The notes: generated by a model from the letters alone, not told the origin. Positions 1 to 10,850 are shown, counted from the first letter of the stretch. The stretch: DNA of 64,000 bases from Octopus vulgaris (GCA_951406725.2 OX597817.1:147064001-147128000); one strand, 5' to 3'. A program made the numbers and translations.

Positions 1-295
1 GTATGTATGTATTTAATCATGTATGTGTCTTTATGTATGTACGTATGTATGCATGCATGCATGCATATATGAATTTATGCATGTATATATGTATGTCTCT
101 ATGTATGTATGTATGTATGTATGCATGTATGCATGTATGTATGTATTTATGCATGTATGTGTGCATGTATGTGTGTATGTATTTATGCTTGCATGCATGC
201 ATGTATGTATTTATGCATGTATGTATGTATGTATTTATGCATGCATGTATGTATGTATTTATGCATGTATGTGTGTATGTTTGTATGTATGTATG
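1..295. repeat. Degenerate (TATG)n/(TGCA)n microsatellite
   Basis: Direct reading; produces the MYVC-type spurious ORFs. Confidence 0.95.
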
Positions 296-360
296 GGTGC
301 AAACGTTTAGCGTTGACTGTCACCTAAAAGAGTACACGATACCATAACAGAGATGAATAA

Positions 361-540
361 TGGTTACAAATTTTGGTAGAAGGCCAGAAATTTTGGGAGC
401 GGTATTAAGTCGATTGTATCGACCCCCAGTACTCAACTGACACTTATTTTATCGGTCCCCAAATGATGAAAGCAAGTCGACCTCGGTGGAATTGAACATT
501 TTGCCCGACGTCCTAAAGGTTCTGTCAGTTAGCCGCCTTA
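361..540 (-). mobile_element. SINE family B (tRNA-derived, MetaSINE-like), degenerate copy
   Basis: Reverse complement resembles the AAGGCGGC...CCGAGGTCGACTTTGCCTTTCAT...CTGGGGTCGAT unit at 12205, 25836 and 61153. Confidence 0.7.
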
Positions 541-1225
541 GTAGAGAGGAATAGAAATTTTTATTTTTGGTCACTCATTTGCTACTTCGGTTTCGTTGTA
601 ATTTGCATTTCTTGTTTGCTCTGAGCAGTGTGCAAGCATTGCAAACATGATTGTTTATAGAAGCAATACACGATGTTTGTATTAAGGTAGACTTACGGGT
701 GTATGTTTTCAGTTGTGGTTTTATTAGACAACGTCTTGTAAGTAGATATGGTGGTTCAGCCATTTTTGTTTTGCTTTGTACTTAAACTTTGTGGGCAGAA
801 AATAGAAATCGCTTGGCTCTTTTCTGCATTTATTTATCGCGTCACCGAAAAGCTTAATGATATATTTATTGAAACACGTCCGTGAGTTTACATTACATCG
901 CACACTCTCAGAATCTTATTCACAGAAGTACCACAAACACATACACATGCATACATGCAAACACAAACGCGCACGCACACACACACATAGATCCAATTAA
1001 AGGTTAAATTAGCCTCATTAAGGGATGGTATCATCCAATGAATTACTAGCTTAATACCTAATATTTGTTGTAAATAATAATATTCATATAACAATAGGTT
1101 TATTTATAAACCGCGGTTTATGATCATTCAAAAGTAAGTAAAAAAGTGGAGATACAGCAATAAAGAGACTTCTGTGGTGATTCTAAAATGCAATACAAAA
1201 ACATAACGGTATATCTTTTTTCTAC

Positions 1226-1308
1226 CCCTCTGAAGAGATTTTGCCTAATAGAATGATTTTAATAATTGCTCTTTAATCTATGAGGCTTAATTGAAACAGC
1301 TGTAAGGG
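1226..1308 (+). ncRNA. Type I hammerhead ribozyme motif
   Basis: CCCT-CTGAAGA-[stem II including GCCT/AGGC and ATAGA/TCTAT]-GAAA-CAGCTG-TA-AGGG; stem I CCCT/AGGG, palindromic stem III ACAGCTGT, cleavage triplet GUA. Confidence 0.75.
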
Positions 1309-1512
1309 ACTAAGATAATACATTTTTGTATTAAGTAATATACCTCTATTTTCTTACTTCGCTTTTATTTATTGACATCAGTGTTTCTCAACTATTTTTT
1401 TTTTACCTATGAATCTTTTTGATTCGTATTTTATTCAGATGGAATCTCCTAGTCATTCGATGTTTTAAAACATCATTTATTTTTAAAATTAAATATTATT
1501 ATTATATTATTT

Positions 1513-1718
1513 TTGTATGTATGTAGGTGTGTATGTGTGTTTTATGTGTGTATTCTCATGTATATAGTTGCATCTCTAGACATGCTCATATACACTTAAA
1601 TGATAAACTTTTGGAAAGTTTTACATATTTTTACAGTTCCAGTGATGGATTGGATCTGTAGTCTTCGAATTAGCTTTCTCTTTTCTGGTTTTGAGAATCC
1701 CAATTTCTCAAGATTGGT
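1513..1718 (-). mobile_element. 3' fragment of R4/Dong-like (REL endonuclease) non-LTR retrotransposon
   Basis: Shares TTTTACAGTTCCAGTGATGGATTGGATCTGTAGTCTTCGAAT with 15504-15545; bounded by (TATG)n. Confidence 0.65.
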
Positions 1719-2211
1719 ATGTATGTATGTATGTATGTATGTATGTATGTATGTATGTATGTTACAAACTCCAGCCCCATGCGGTACAGAACTGCAAAAT
1801 ATTCATGTCAATCATTCCTTCTCTGATCACTTTCGTAACTATTTTCAGGAAAATACGTCCGGGTCGTCCTATTCTACTGGTTCCTTCTGGCTTCTAGTGT
1901 ACTGTCTTCCATAATTACCTAACTGGCTGTAATATCACCGAGTAGTTTATACATACACATATATACACCCACCCACGTTCTCATTAACACACATATACTC
2001 ATACATTATTTTACTGATTTCAGTGACGTCAATAAAAGTACATACTTAAGTTATATTGGAAAGCGTTGCCGATAGTATGATTAAAGGGATTAAGAAAACT
2101 ACATAGCTGAAGAATTAGTTATTAATTTTTAGCCATGAGTAAACATACATTATTCTATTTTGTTTAAAAATCGGATTACAATAAATTATTTGATTTTAAC
2201 GAGTATGTGAA

Positions 2212-2612
<401 letters not shown>

Positions 2613-2693
2613 AGTTAGTTAGTTAGTTAATTTGGCTCAAAAGCAAATAGCAAGGCCATGTAGGGGGACATGGAGTTAAGTACAGGGTGGTGT

Positions 2694-5582
2694 TCATGTA
2701 AAGAGTTCAGGCCACTTGAGGTCCAGGGAGGCTTTGAACAAAGCGGTCGTCGGCATCTTCACCATCTCGTCTGGCAGCTTGTTCCACGGATCCGCAACCC
2801 GGACGGAGAAAGCTCCTCTCCTTCGATTGAGATGAAATCGTCGCAGGTAGAGCTTTTCGGAATGACCCCGCAGCCGACGCTCCGGAGCAGGAGTGAAGAA
2901 CAGCTCTTTCGAGAGGTTACACTTCCCGCTTATGATGTTGTGGGCGAGAATGAGATCACCACGGCGGCGGCGTTTTTCAAGAGAATAAAGGTCGAGCGTC
3001 CTCAGCCTTTCTTCGTAGGACAAATTTTTGAGACCATGAACCATGCGGGTAGCCAGCCTCTGGACTCTTTCGAGGTGCTGTATGTCTTTGAGGAGATAAG
3101 GAGAAGAGGCTTGAATCCCATACTCCAATATGGGTCTCACCAGCGTGACATAGAGTGGCAGGAATATGGCTGCTGTGAGCATTCCGAATGACCGTCGAAT
3201 CAAAAACAGAATTCCGCGCGCTTTGTTGGCAGCATGGACGCACTGGGCCGAAGGCGAAAAGGAGGAATCCACCAAGATACCCAGGTCCTTTACCTGATCG
3301 GTCCTCTCCAGCAGCAGACGACCCGGCTCGAAATCAAGTTGAGTTGCAGGAGTAGAGCCGACAGGCAGATGACAGCACTTTGACACGTTCAGACACAGGT
3401 CCCAATCGTTAGACCACTTCCAAATTTGGTGGAGGCATCGACGAAGATCCTCTATACTACCGCGAGGAGCGACCAGTTTGATATCGTCGGCAAATAGAAG
3501 GGTGTGTTGCGTGAGGTCGTCGGGCAAGTCATTTATGAAGACTAAGAACAACAAGGGCCCAAGCACTGAACCTTGAGGCACGCCACTGCTCGCACTGGAG
3601 ACGTCGGACCGCGAACCATTAACTTGAACTTGGAAGGAGCGATCTGAGAGGAAGGCACCAACCCATCGTACAATATCCGGATGGAAACTATATGCTTGAA
3701 GCTTGACAAGTAGTAGGCGGTGGTTTACCGAGTCAAAAGCTTTGGCAAAGTCCAATAAAACGATGTCAACAGCATCACTATCATCGAGGATGCGCGTCAC
3801 CAATTCTTCCATTACTAGTAAGTTGGTCAAGCATGATCTCTTCGGCACGAAGCCGTGTTGGGAATCAGTGATCGAGGCTGTGTTTAGGAGGTGGAGCATC
3901 ATACTTTTCTTAAGGATGGTTTCGAACATCTTGCTGATTATTGATGTAAGGGAAACCGGTCGGTAGTTAAGCGGGTCTTCGCGGCTCCCTTTCTTGAAAA
4001 TTGGGCAGATTATCGCTGTTCTCCAGTCTGCAGGTATAACACCCGTCGCCAATGACATATTGAATAGTCGTGTTAAGGGCTCGCAGATGACCGGAGCCAA
4101 CGCTTTGATAACCCGTGGGTGTATGCCGTCAGGGCCGTGACCCTTGTTGACATCGAGGCCTTGAATAACACGTTTGACTTGGTCCCGCGTGATGATCAAT
4201 CGAAGCATTGGAGGTACCGATCTATCAAATGGAGGGGGTTCACGACCATCATCTTGTTTGAAAATAGTTGAAAAAGCCTCGGCAAATAATTGACTCTGTT
4301 GATAAGGGTCCTCAATCGATACGCCTGTTGAGTCTACCAACGTTGCAATCTGGTTGTTCAAGCGGGAATTCCGCTGGACATGGGCAAAGAAGGTTTTTGG
4401 ATTGCTACTGGCATTTGCCGCGATTTTGTATTCATAACTGAAGCGTTCTTTCTTTTCAATTTTCACGGCTCGGTCTCGTTGAGTTTTGTACACCTCAAAA
4501 GCTGCAGTCGAATCCAGATTTTTGAATTCAGCCCAAGCAATATCTCTGAGTCGACGTTCTCGTTTAACCTTCTTCGTCACCCAGGGCTTGTGTTTCTTCC
4601 TCTTGGGAAGTCCAACGGGAACTGCCTGGTCAGTCAAACAGATTACATATGCTTTGAGGGATGACCATAGTTCGTCAACTGAGGACAACGTCATCAGGGA
4701 ACGCCAGTCCAGAAGCGCGGAAGCCTCGGTTAGAATTTCAAGATTAATTGCAGAGAAGACTCTACGTGGCAGCGAAGTAATCGTGGGCGTGGAAAAAGTT
4801 GTGTGCATGACGAACTTCAGGACCGCATGATCACTCTTGGCAAGAGGGGCGCACACAGATACGTCTGACACTGATCTTGGATAGCGGGAGAATACCAGAT
4901 CTAGCATAGATGGCTGCTGCCCAGACCGATGCCTTGTCGGATATTCAACATGTTGCGATAGAAAACAATCTTCAGCCACGTCAAGAAGGGCCTGGCCGAA
5001 CCGGGAAGATGTTGTACAAATTGATGCGGGCCAATCGATCGTGGGAGCGTTGAAGTCGCCTAGTACCAAGCAGTCATGCGAAGCTGAAACGAATCTTATC
5101 GCTTCGAGTAGATGAGCATCGTCCTGGGGGTCGGCTAGAGGCGGCCTGTAGACAGCCAACACGGGCAGGCAAAACTCAGATAGGCTCAGCTTGCAATAGA
5201 CGGCATCGAATTTGGTTGTAGGTTGAGCATTTGTGGGTAGAATACCGCAGGACGGTTTGTGCTCAGACTTAACATACACAGCAACACCTCCACCTCGCCT
5301 TTTTCCTCTGTCACATCTGAAAAGGACGTAGCCCTGCAGGTGGATCTCTGAGTCCTTTACTGCTGGAGTCAGCCAAGTCTCGGTGATAGCTATCACATCA
5401 GGGGAGTCGCGTAGGGCCAGTGTAAATAGTTCACTGAACTTTGGGAATAAGGAGCACGAGTTGGTGTAGACGATGCTGAGCTGTGAAGTCTGAGGGGCGG
5501 GAGTTGGGGAACAAGCAGAATAAAGGGCATCAGAGATAGCATCGTTGACGGGGGTATCAACTTCACTTCGATTTGCCCTCAC
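2694..5582 (-). CDS. LINE ORF2: apurinic-like endonuclease plus reverse transcriptase (962 aa, uninterrupted)
   Basis: APE motifs ITETW, LGDFN, KSDH; RT motifs PIFKKG, NYRPVSLTS, DFAKAFDSV, GVPQGSVLGPLLFLVFINDL, FADD; CR1-type C-terminus LERVQRLATR...YEERL...RRRRGDL...WNKLP. The frame is open upstream to about 5810. Confidence 0.97.
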   Translation of the reverse strand: MRANRSEVDTPVNDAISDALYSACSPTPAPQTSQLSIVYTNSCSLFPKFSELFTLALRDSPDVIAITETWLTPAVKDSEIHLQGYVLFRCDRGKRRGGGVAVYVKSEHKPSCGILPTNAQPTTKFDAVYCKLSLSEFCLPVLAVYRPPLADPQDDAHLLEAIRFVSASHDCLVLGDFNAPTIDWPASICTTSSRFGQALLDVAEDCFLSQHVEYPTRHRSGQQPSMLDLVFSRYPRSVSDVSVCAPLAKSDHAVLKFVMHTTFSTPTITSLPRRVFSAINLEILTEASALLDWRSLMTLSSVDELWSSLKAYVICLTDQAVPVGLPKRKKHKPWVTKKVKRERRLRDIAWAEFKNLDSTAAFEVYKTQRDRAVKIEKKERFSYEYKIAANASSNPKTFFAHVQRNSRLNNQIATLVDSTGVSIEDPYQQSQLFAEAFSTIFKQDDGREPPPFDRSVPPMLRLIITRDQVKRVIQGLDVNKGHGPDGIHPRVIKALAPVICEPLTRLFNMSLATGVIPADWRTAIICPIFKKGSREDPLNYRPVSLTSIISKMFETILKKSMMLHLLNTASITDSQHGFVPKRSCLTNLLVMEELVTRILDDSDAVDIVLLDFAKAFDSVNHRLLLVKLQAYSFHPDIVRWVGAFLSDRSFQVQVNGSRSDVSSASSGVPQGSVLGPLLFLVFINDLPDDLTQHTLLFADDIKLVAPRGSIEDLRRCLHQIWKWSNDWDLCLNVSKCCHLPVGSTPATQLDFEPGRLLLERTDQVKDLGILVDSSFSPSAQCVHAANKARGILFLIRRSFGMLTAAIFLPLYVTLVRPILEYGIQASSPYLLKDIQHLERVQRLATRMVHGLKNLSYEERLRTLDLYSLEKRRRRGDLILAHNIISGKCNLSKELFFTPAPERRLRGHSEKLYLRRFHLNRRRGAFSVRVADPWNKLPDEMVKMPTTALFKASLDLKWPELFT

Positions 5583-6001
5583 ATCACTTTCCCTGTCAGC
5601 ACTACAGCATGGGACCAGAGGTAGGACTTGATTATCTGTCCATCTTGGATTCGTAAACCCTTCTCTCCCATTTGTTTCCTCATCTTTAGCTCGGATATCA
5701 GGTTCCTCCGGCGAATTCTCTCTCTTAGTGAGTATTCCTCGCGAAAACCCATATTGGGGTCCTCCCAGGCATGCGTCTGAGCTCTGTTCAGAAAGACTGA
5801 AGCCTCCCGATCAGAAGAAAAGATTACCCTTATTGGGCGTGGTCTAGTATCTGCGGTTGGGTTCGCTTGGAATCTTCCTAGCCGAGCGACCTTAAGAACA
5901 CTGACATTTTCGTTCACAGAGAACAATTTTCCAACCAAAATGGAAACAAAATTAATGTCATCTTTTAGGCGGTTTATGCCTGTATCACAGGTGGATTCAG
6001 C
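5579..6001 (-). CDS. LINE ORF1 C-terminal part (RRM-like domain), out of frame with the N-terminal part
   Basis: Frame reads AESTCDTGINRLKDDINFVSILVGKLF...ARLGRF...PRPIRVIF, the RLG/PRP signature of CR1/L2 ORF1 RRM; it continues the IIYG motif of the upstream ORF after a 1-nt shift. Confidence 0.75.
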   Translation of the reverse strand, partial: AESTCDTGINRLKDDINFVSILVGKLFSVNENVSVLKVARLGRFQANPTADTRPRPIRVIFSSDREASVFLNRAQTHAWEDPNMGFREEYSLRERIRRRNLISELKMRKQMGEKGLRIQDGQIIKSYLWSHAVVLTGKVM

Positions 6002-7038
6002 TTGCCATATATTATTGCCGATCTTGAGTGGGCAAAAAGTTCTCTACTATGAGCTGCGGTATTCGATTCTTCATTGGAGGATTTCGAAAGGGTGGTTTCA
6101 TAGCCATCGGACTTATGTCGGCCTGTGGGGTCGATCGGAATGGATTTAGTGGTCATAATTTTCCCGCCTGGTTTGGAACTGCACTGCCTCTTCTTCGGTT
6201 TGGGGGAGCACCACTCCCCAGATGAACCCACATCGAGATCGTTCAGAATTGGTTGAGCAATGGCATTAATGGGAAGGACAAGTGAAGGAGAATCCAAACA
6301 GATTTTATCGTGATCAGGTTTCATAGCCAAATCTGCCCCTCTGGAGTTTTGACTACGTTTCTTCTTTTGGGGAGAACAACGGTCTTCAGGTGGGTTTGAG
6401 TCTACGCTCCTCGAACTAGGTTGGGGAACCTCCGGGACCGAAAAGGCAGATGAGGAAGAATCCGCACAGGAACGATCATGTGCAGGAACGACCGCCGGTT
6501 CCTTCGCCTTCTTTGGCCGCTTCGATTTTGTTCCCTTCGGTTTGGACGTCTCCAGGGAAGAAATCAAGGGTGACTCTGCGTCAACAGGAGACCGTTTATC
6601 GTGGTCAGGTTTCATAGCTAAATCCGCCCCACTGGAGTTTTGACGACGTTTCTTCTTTTGGGGAGAACAACGGTCTTCAGGTGGGTTTGAGTCTACGCTC
6701 CTCAAATTAGGTTGGGGAACCTCCGGGACCGAAAAGGCAGATGAGGAAGAATCCGCACGGGAACGATCATGTGCAGAAACGACCGCCGGTTCCTTCGCCT
6801 TCTTTGGCCGCCTCGATTTTGTTCCCTTCGGTTTGGACGTCTCCAGGGAAGAAATCAAGGGTGACTCTGCGTCAACAGGAGACTGTTTATTCAGTAAGAG
6901 AGCAACAACAGACTTTAGGTGCTCAACCTCTTGTTTGAGCAACAGCAACTGTTCGTTGAGCTGACTATTGGTAGGACCATCATCTTGATGAGAAGCCCTA
7001 CTTGCAGATCTCAGTTTCGATGCGTAGGTAGCTGACAT
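5974..7038 (-). CDS. LINE ORF1 N-terminal part (coiled coil plus duplicated basic Ser/Pro-rich segment)
   Basis: 354 aa ATG ORF directly upstream of ORF2; heptad LNEQLLLLKQEVEHLKSVVALLL; ends just after RSAIIYG. Confidence 0.8.
   Translation of the reverse strand: MSATYASKLRSASRASHQDDGPTNSQLNEQLLLLKQEVEHLKSVVALLLNKQSPVDAESPLISSLETSKPKGTKSRRPKKAKEPAVVSAHDRSRADSSSSAFSVPEVPQPNLRSVDSNPPEDRCSPQKKKRRQNSSGADLAMKPDHDKRSPVDAESPLISSLETSKPKGTKSKRPKKAKEPAVVPAHDRSCADSSSSAFSVPEVPQPSSRSVDSNPPEDRCSPQKKKRSQNSRGADLAMKPDHDKICLDSPSLVLPINAIAQPILNDLDVGSSGEWCSPKPKKRQCSSKPGGKIMTTKSIPIDPTGRHKSDGYETTLSKSSNEESNTAAHSRELFAHSRSAIIYGKLNPPVIQA
6304..6885. repeat. 291-bp in-frame tandem duplication inside ORF1
   Basis: TTTATCGTG(A/G)TCAGGTTTCATAGC starts at 6304 and 6595; the 97-aa repeat SPVDAESPLISS...MKPDHDK occurs twice. 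Confidence 0.95.
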
Positions 7039-8859
7039 GATGGATGGTTGACTAAAAACAATCTTCTATGGGCTCTAGGACAAATCGGGGTTAAATCAGG
7101 AACAAAAAACAGGTGCAATCCTTGTAGGAGTAGGCAACAGCAGACAAAAACTGAGAGAGTTTGGGCTGAGCCGAATCACAATCCAAGATTGAAAGCAGAC
7201 GGTGCAACGAGTCGGGAACCCTTCCTAATTGTCTGAAGCAGCTTTAGGATAAGGGATAGTATGTCCAAACTTTAGAATATTGATATGCATGTAACATGTT
7301 CCACACGATTAAATATCATTTGACGTGCCATTTAGTACTTCAATAATTGCATCTGCGCATGTTTGTATATGTGTGAATACTGTGTTTATGTGCGAGAAGG
7401 CACATGTTTTTGTCTATTGTTAAATTAGATTATTAATTTTTCTTTTTTTTCTCACGTTTTTCCCTTTTAAAGTATTTCTTTTTAAAGTAAATTATACGTT
7501 GGAGGGAGGGCTGGGGGTTTGTTTTTATAGTAAATTCTCTTTTCTCCCAGCACAGAGAAAGAAAGGGATTTTTCGTTGGTGCCATCGGTATAATTCAGAC
7601 CGGTATAATTCATCGTCAACTTGAATGTTTCTAATTGTAGCGATAGTAGTAACTGCAGTAAATTCTGATAGCAGCAGTAGTAAATAGCTCATAAAGTGAG
7701 ATGAAGAACGGTCGGTCAAATAGAGTTCAAATTGACCGCAACAGTGTTGATGGAACTTGTGAAACAGTGACCTTGACTTTGAGAAAAATCAAAGGAGGGG
7801 CCGACTATAAACAGTACTTGTGAATAGAGTCATGTACGAGCAGAGCGAACTATAAATAGTATTTTTTCTTTTCTTTTTCTTTTTTTTTCTTCTTATTCTC
7901 CGCGTGTTTAATAATGCAATTGCAATAAAAGGTATGTCAAGAAGAAGATAAAGGTTAGCTGGTGTTTACGTCCATACTTTTAGCGTGCATTTAATTGTGG
8001 TGTCATACTTTTAGCGTGCATTTAATTGTGTTGTTACAATAAAGGCATTTTACATAATCTGATACTCAAGGAAGAGGTGACGGCAAAATGTTCACACAAA
8101 AAATGGAGATATTTATGATTCTAAAATTTTTGTCCCAAACTGTAGGTTTGGAATTCTTTAACTTATTTTGAGGGAAATTCAAATTACTCACAGAAAGTAG
8201 TAGATCTTCCAGTAATTACAGTTGTTTATCAGTAATCCTGCTGGGTTGTATTTGTTATTCTGTGTCTTCTGTGTCTTCGGCCGCTGACAGGTCAGGAGCG
8301 GCGAAAACACGTCAGCCACTGTGGATTCCTTGTGTGGATATATATTTAATGTTATATAATAAGAATTAAATGAAATAAGAGAACAAAGAGAACTCAACAG
8401 TAATTACCAAAGAATTGTATATGTATATAATTTATCATCACGCGCACGCAGAACAATGAAAACTGAAACAATGATGCTACAGTGACGAAAGCAGATTTGG
8501 ACGTGAATACGCTAATCGCTGTTAAAGTTTGTTTGCGTATAGTAACTTCTTTCAGATAATGTCCGCTTACAATACACTCGATTCGTTTAGGTAAGAGAGA
8601 AACGCACTTTGTTTGTAATAATAAATTATTTTCGGTCGACAAAATACAACAGCGATTAGCATATTGACGTTCGAATCTGCAGGAAAGTATTCAGAACGTA
8701 TACTTTTTATCACTAACTGTAGATCCGACTTTATATAACACCTGTTAGTTTCGCACTTACTTGGCTCATCATGAAATTTAGAACTTTAGAGTAACTGTAG
8801 GGTAATGAAGGTATATCCACTTACTTGTATATAAGTGCATAATATATATATATATAAGT

Positions 8860-8913
<54 letters not shown>

Positions 8914-9026
8914 GAATTAGAGATAAAACCATTATGGTGCAACTCAAACAGTGATAGACATAAACCAATACATAAATAACAAATAATATATATAATTTAT
9001 ATAATTTATATATATATATATATATA

Positions 9027-9303
9027 CAATTGCAGCGTGGAAGGTGTTTGTAAGCCATTTAAGAAACACACAAAAGCCGTTCGATTCACTTCAACATTTA
9101 AGTTCAATTTGTCAAAATATTTTCATCGCTAAAATCCGCGACCTGTTCACTGACAAAAATCCGTGCTGCATCACGGTCAGTCAACAGGTCGCGGATTTTA
9201 GCGACGAAAATATTTTGACAAATTAAACTTAAATGTTGAAGTGAATCGAACGGCTTTTGTGTGTTTTTTAAATGGCTTACAAACACCTTCCACGCTGCAA
9301 TTG
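9027..9303. repeat. Long palindrome, 128-bp arms with 21-nt spacer
   Basis: 9027-9154 is the near-exact reverse complement of 9176-9303; begins directly after (TA)n. Confidence 0.95.
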
Positions 9304-9357
9304 TTTTCGTTCCAGCACACGATCTCAGATCAAATCACTTGCTATGCGAGTACATCT

Positions 9358-9392
<35 letters not shown>

Positions 9393-9657
9393 CATATATA
9401 TGTATGAATTTTTTTTTAGCCACAGACGCGTTTCGAGATTCAAGTATTCAACTTACTTACTTCCCGTCATCAGTATAGCATTTTCATTATAAAATTTGAA
9501 AGTGCTAGGGTTAAACATGCACACAATCGAGCGACATCGTGCAACAGATATCCAACCAACACTTCCAAAATTTACACAACCGAATGTGAATACATATTTA
9601 TCACTTGTACCCACGTGTATGTTACGAGATGTACCGCAGAAAACTGGAGTATTCGAT

Positions 9658-10078
9658 CAGGGAGTGGCTGTACGGTAAGTAGCTTGCTTACCAACCACAT
9701 GGTTCCGGGTTCAGTACCACTGCATGGCACCTTTGGCAAGTGGCTTCTACTATAGCCTTGGGCCAACCAAAGCCTTGTGAGTGGATTTGGTAGACGGAAA
9801 CTGAAAGAAGCCCGTCATATATATGTGTATATATATGTGTATGTGTGTGTAGGTATATGTTTGTGTGTCTGTGTTTGTCCCCCCACCATCGCTTGACAAC
9901 CGATGCTGGTGTGTTTACGTTCCAGTAACCTAGCGGTTCGGCACAAGAGACGGATAGAATAAGTACTAGGCTTACAAAGAATAAGTCCTGTGGTCGAGTT
10001 GCTAGACTAAAGGCGGTGCTCCGGCATGGCCGCAGTCAAATGAATGAAACAATTAAAAGAGTAAAAGTGTAAAAGAGT
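9658..10078 (+). mobile_element. SINE family A (tRNA head, CORE-like CCTTGGGCAAGT, internal microsatellite, GACTGAAACAAGTAAAAGAG tail)
   Basis: GGAGTGGCTGT..GGTAAG...GGTTCCGGGTTCAGT head; more than 10 similar copies in this window. Confidence 0.9.
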
Positions 10079-10109
10079 AATTAATATTATTAATTATTAA
10101 TTTTAAATT

Positions 10110-10147
<38 letters not shown>

Positions 10148-10346
10148 TAGTTGAGTGAATTATCCTAGTATGGATAATTCGGTTAACCGATACCCGGGTA
10201 GCAAATTTACGTCAGAAAACGCGGTTGAAGCTACATGCCAAGGGCAGAAATCACGTGCTTTCGTGTGGAAATTTGTGTGTTTTTTTTACTATAAATAAAT
10301 GAAAGAATGGAGTCGAACGTCATGATGCTGACATAAGTTCCTTGTC

Positions 10347-10428
10347 TTTCCTGATGAGAAGGCGGCATAATGCACCCTATAATTCCTTCGGAATTAAGAA
10401 TATGCAGTCTTCGAAACATATGTCGAGA
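10347..10428 (+). ncRNA. Type I hammerhead ribozyme motif
   Basis: TTTC-CTGATGA-GAAGGCGGCATA...TATGCAGTCTTC-GAAA-CATATG-TC-GAGA; 12-position stem II with one mismatch, palindromic stem III ACATATGT, cleavage triplet GUC. Confidence 0.85.
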
Positions 10429-10466
10429 ATAAAGGAATTTTGTTAAATCGTCGTTCGACTCCATTC

Positions 10467-10518
<52 letters not shown>

Positions 10519-10664
10519 TCCCTTTCTTTTATATTATTTATTGGTGTCAGCAATTGGGCTGCAAACATAGTTTGGTACTGTTTATGGTGATTTGGTGCGA
10601 ATATGGTACCAATTTACACTGTACTTGGTTACTTATTTCAGTTTTGGATGTATTTTATCGCTCT

Positions 10665-10708
10665 TTGTTATCATTATTATTAACATCATCATCATTCTTC
10701 TTCTTCTT

Positions 10709-10767
<59 letters not shown>

Positions 10768-10850
10768 CATTATTATTCTAAGTATCCTCCTCCTCCTCCT
10801 CCTCCTCATCATCATCATCATCATCAGTATCATCATCATCATCATCATCA

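Larger units (their letters stand above)
2609..7260 (-). mobile_element. Near full-length CR1-group LINE retrotransposon (about 4.6 kb)
   Basis: ORF1 plus APE-RT ORF2, short 3' UTR with CCATGT/ACATGG stem-loop (2656-2673), (TAAC)n tail at 2609-2629; visibly more GC-rich than flanks; 5' boundary approximate. Confidence 0.93.

Noticed and set aside
1379-1500. CAGTGTTTCTCAAC hAT-like terminus
   Set aside because: No matching second TIR or 8-bp TSD found.
2670-4830. Plus-strand ORFs antisense to LINE ORF2
   Set aside because: Shadow ORFs of a GC-richer coding strand; no motifs.
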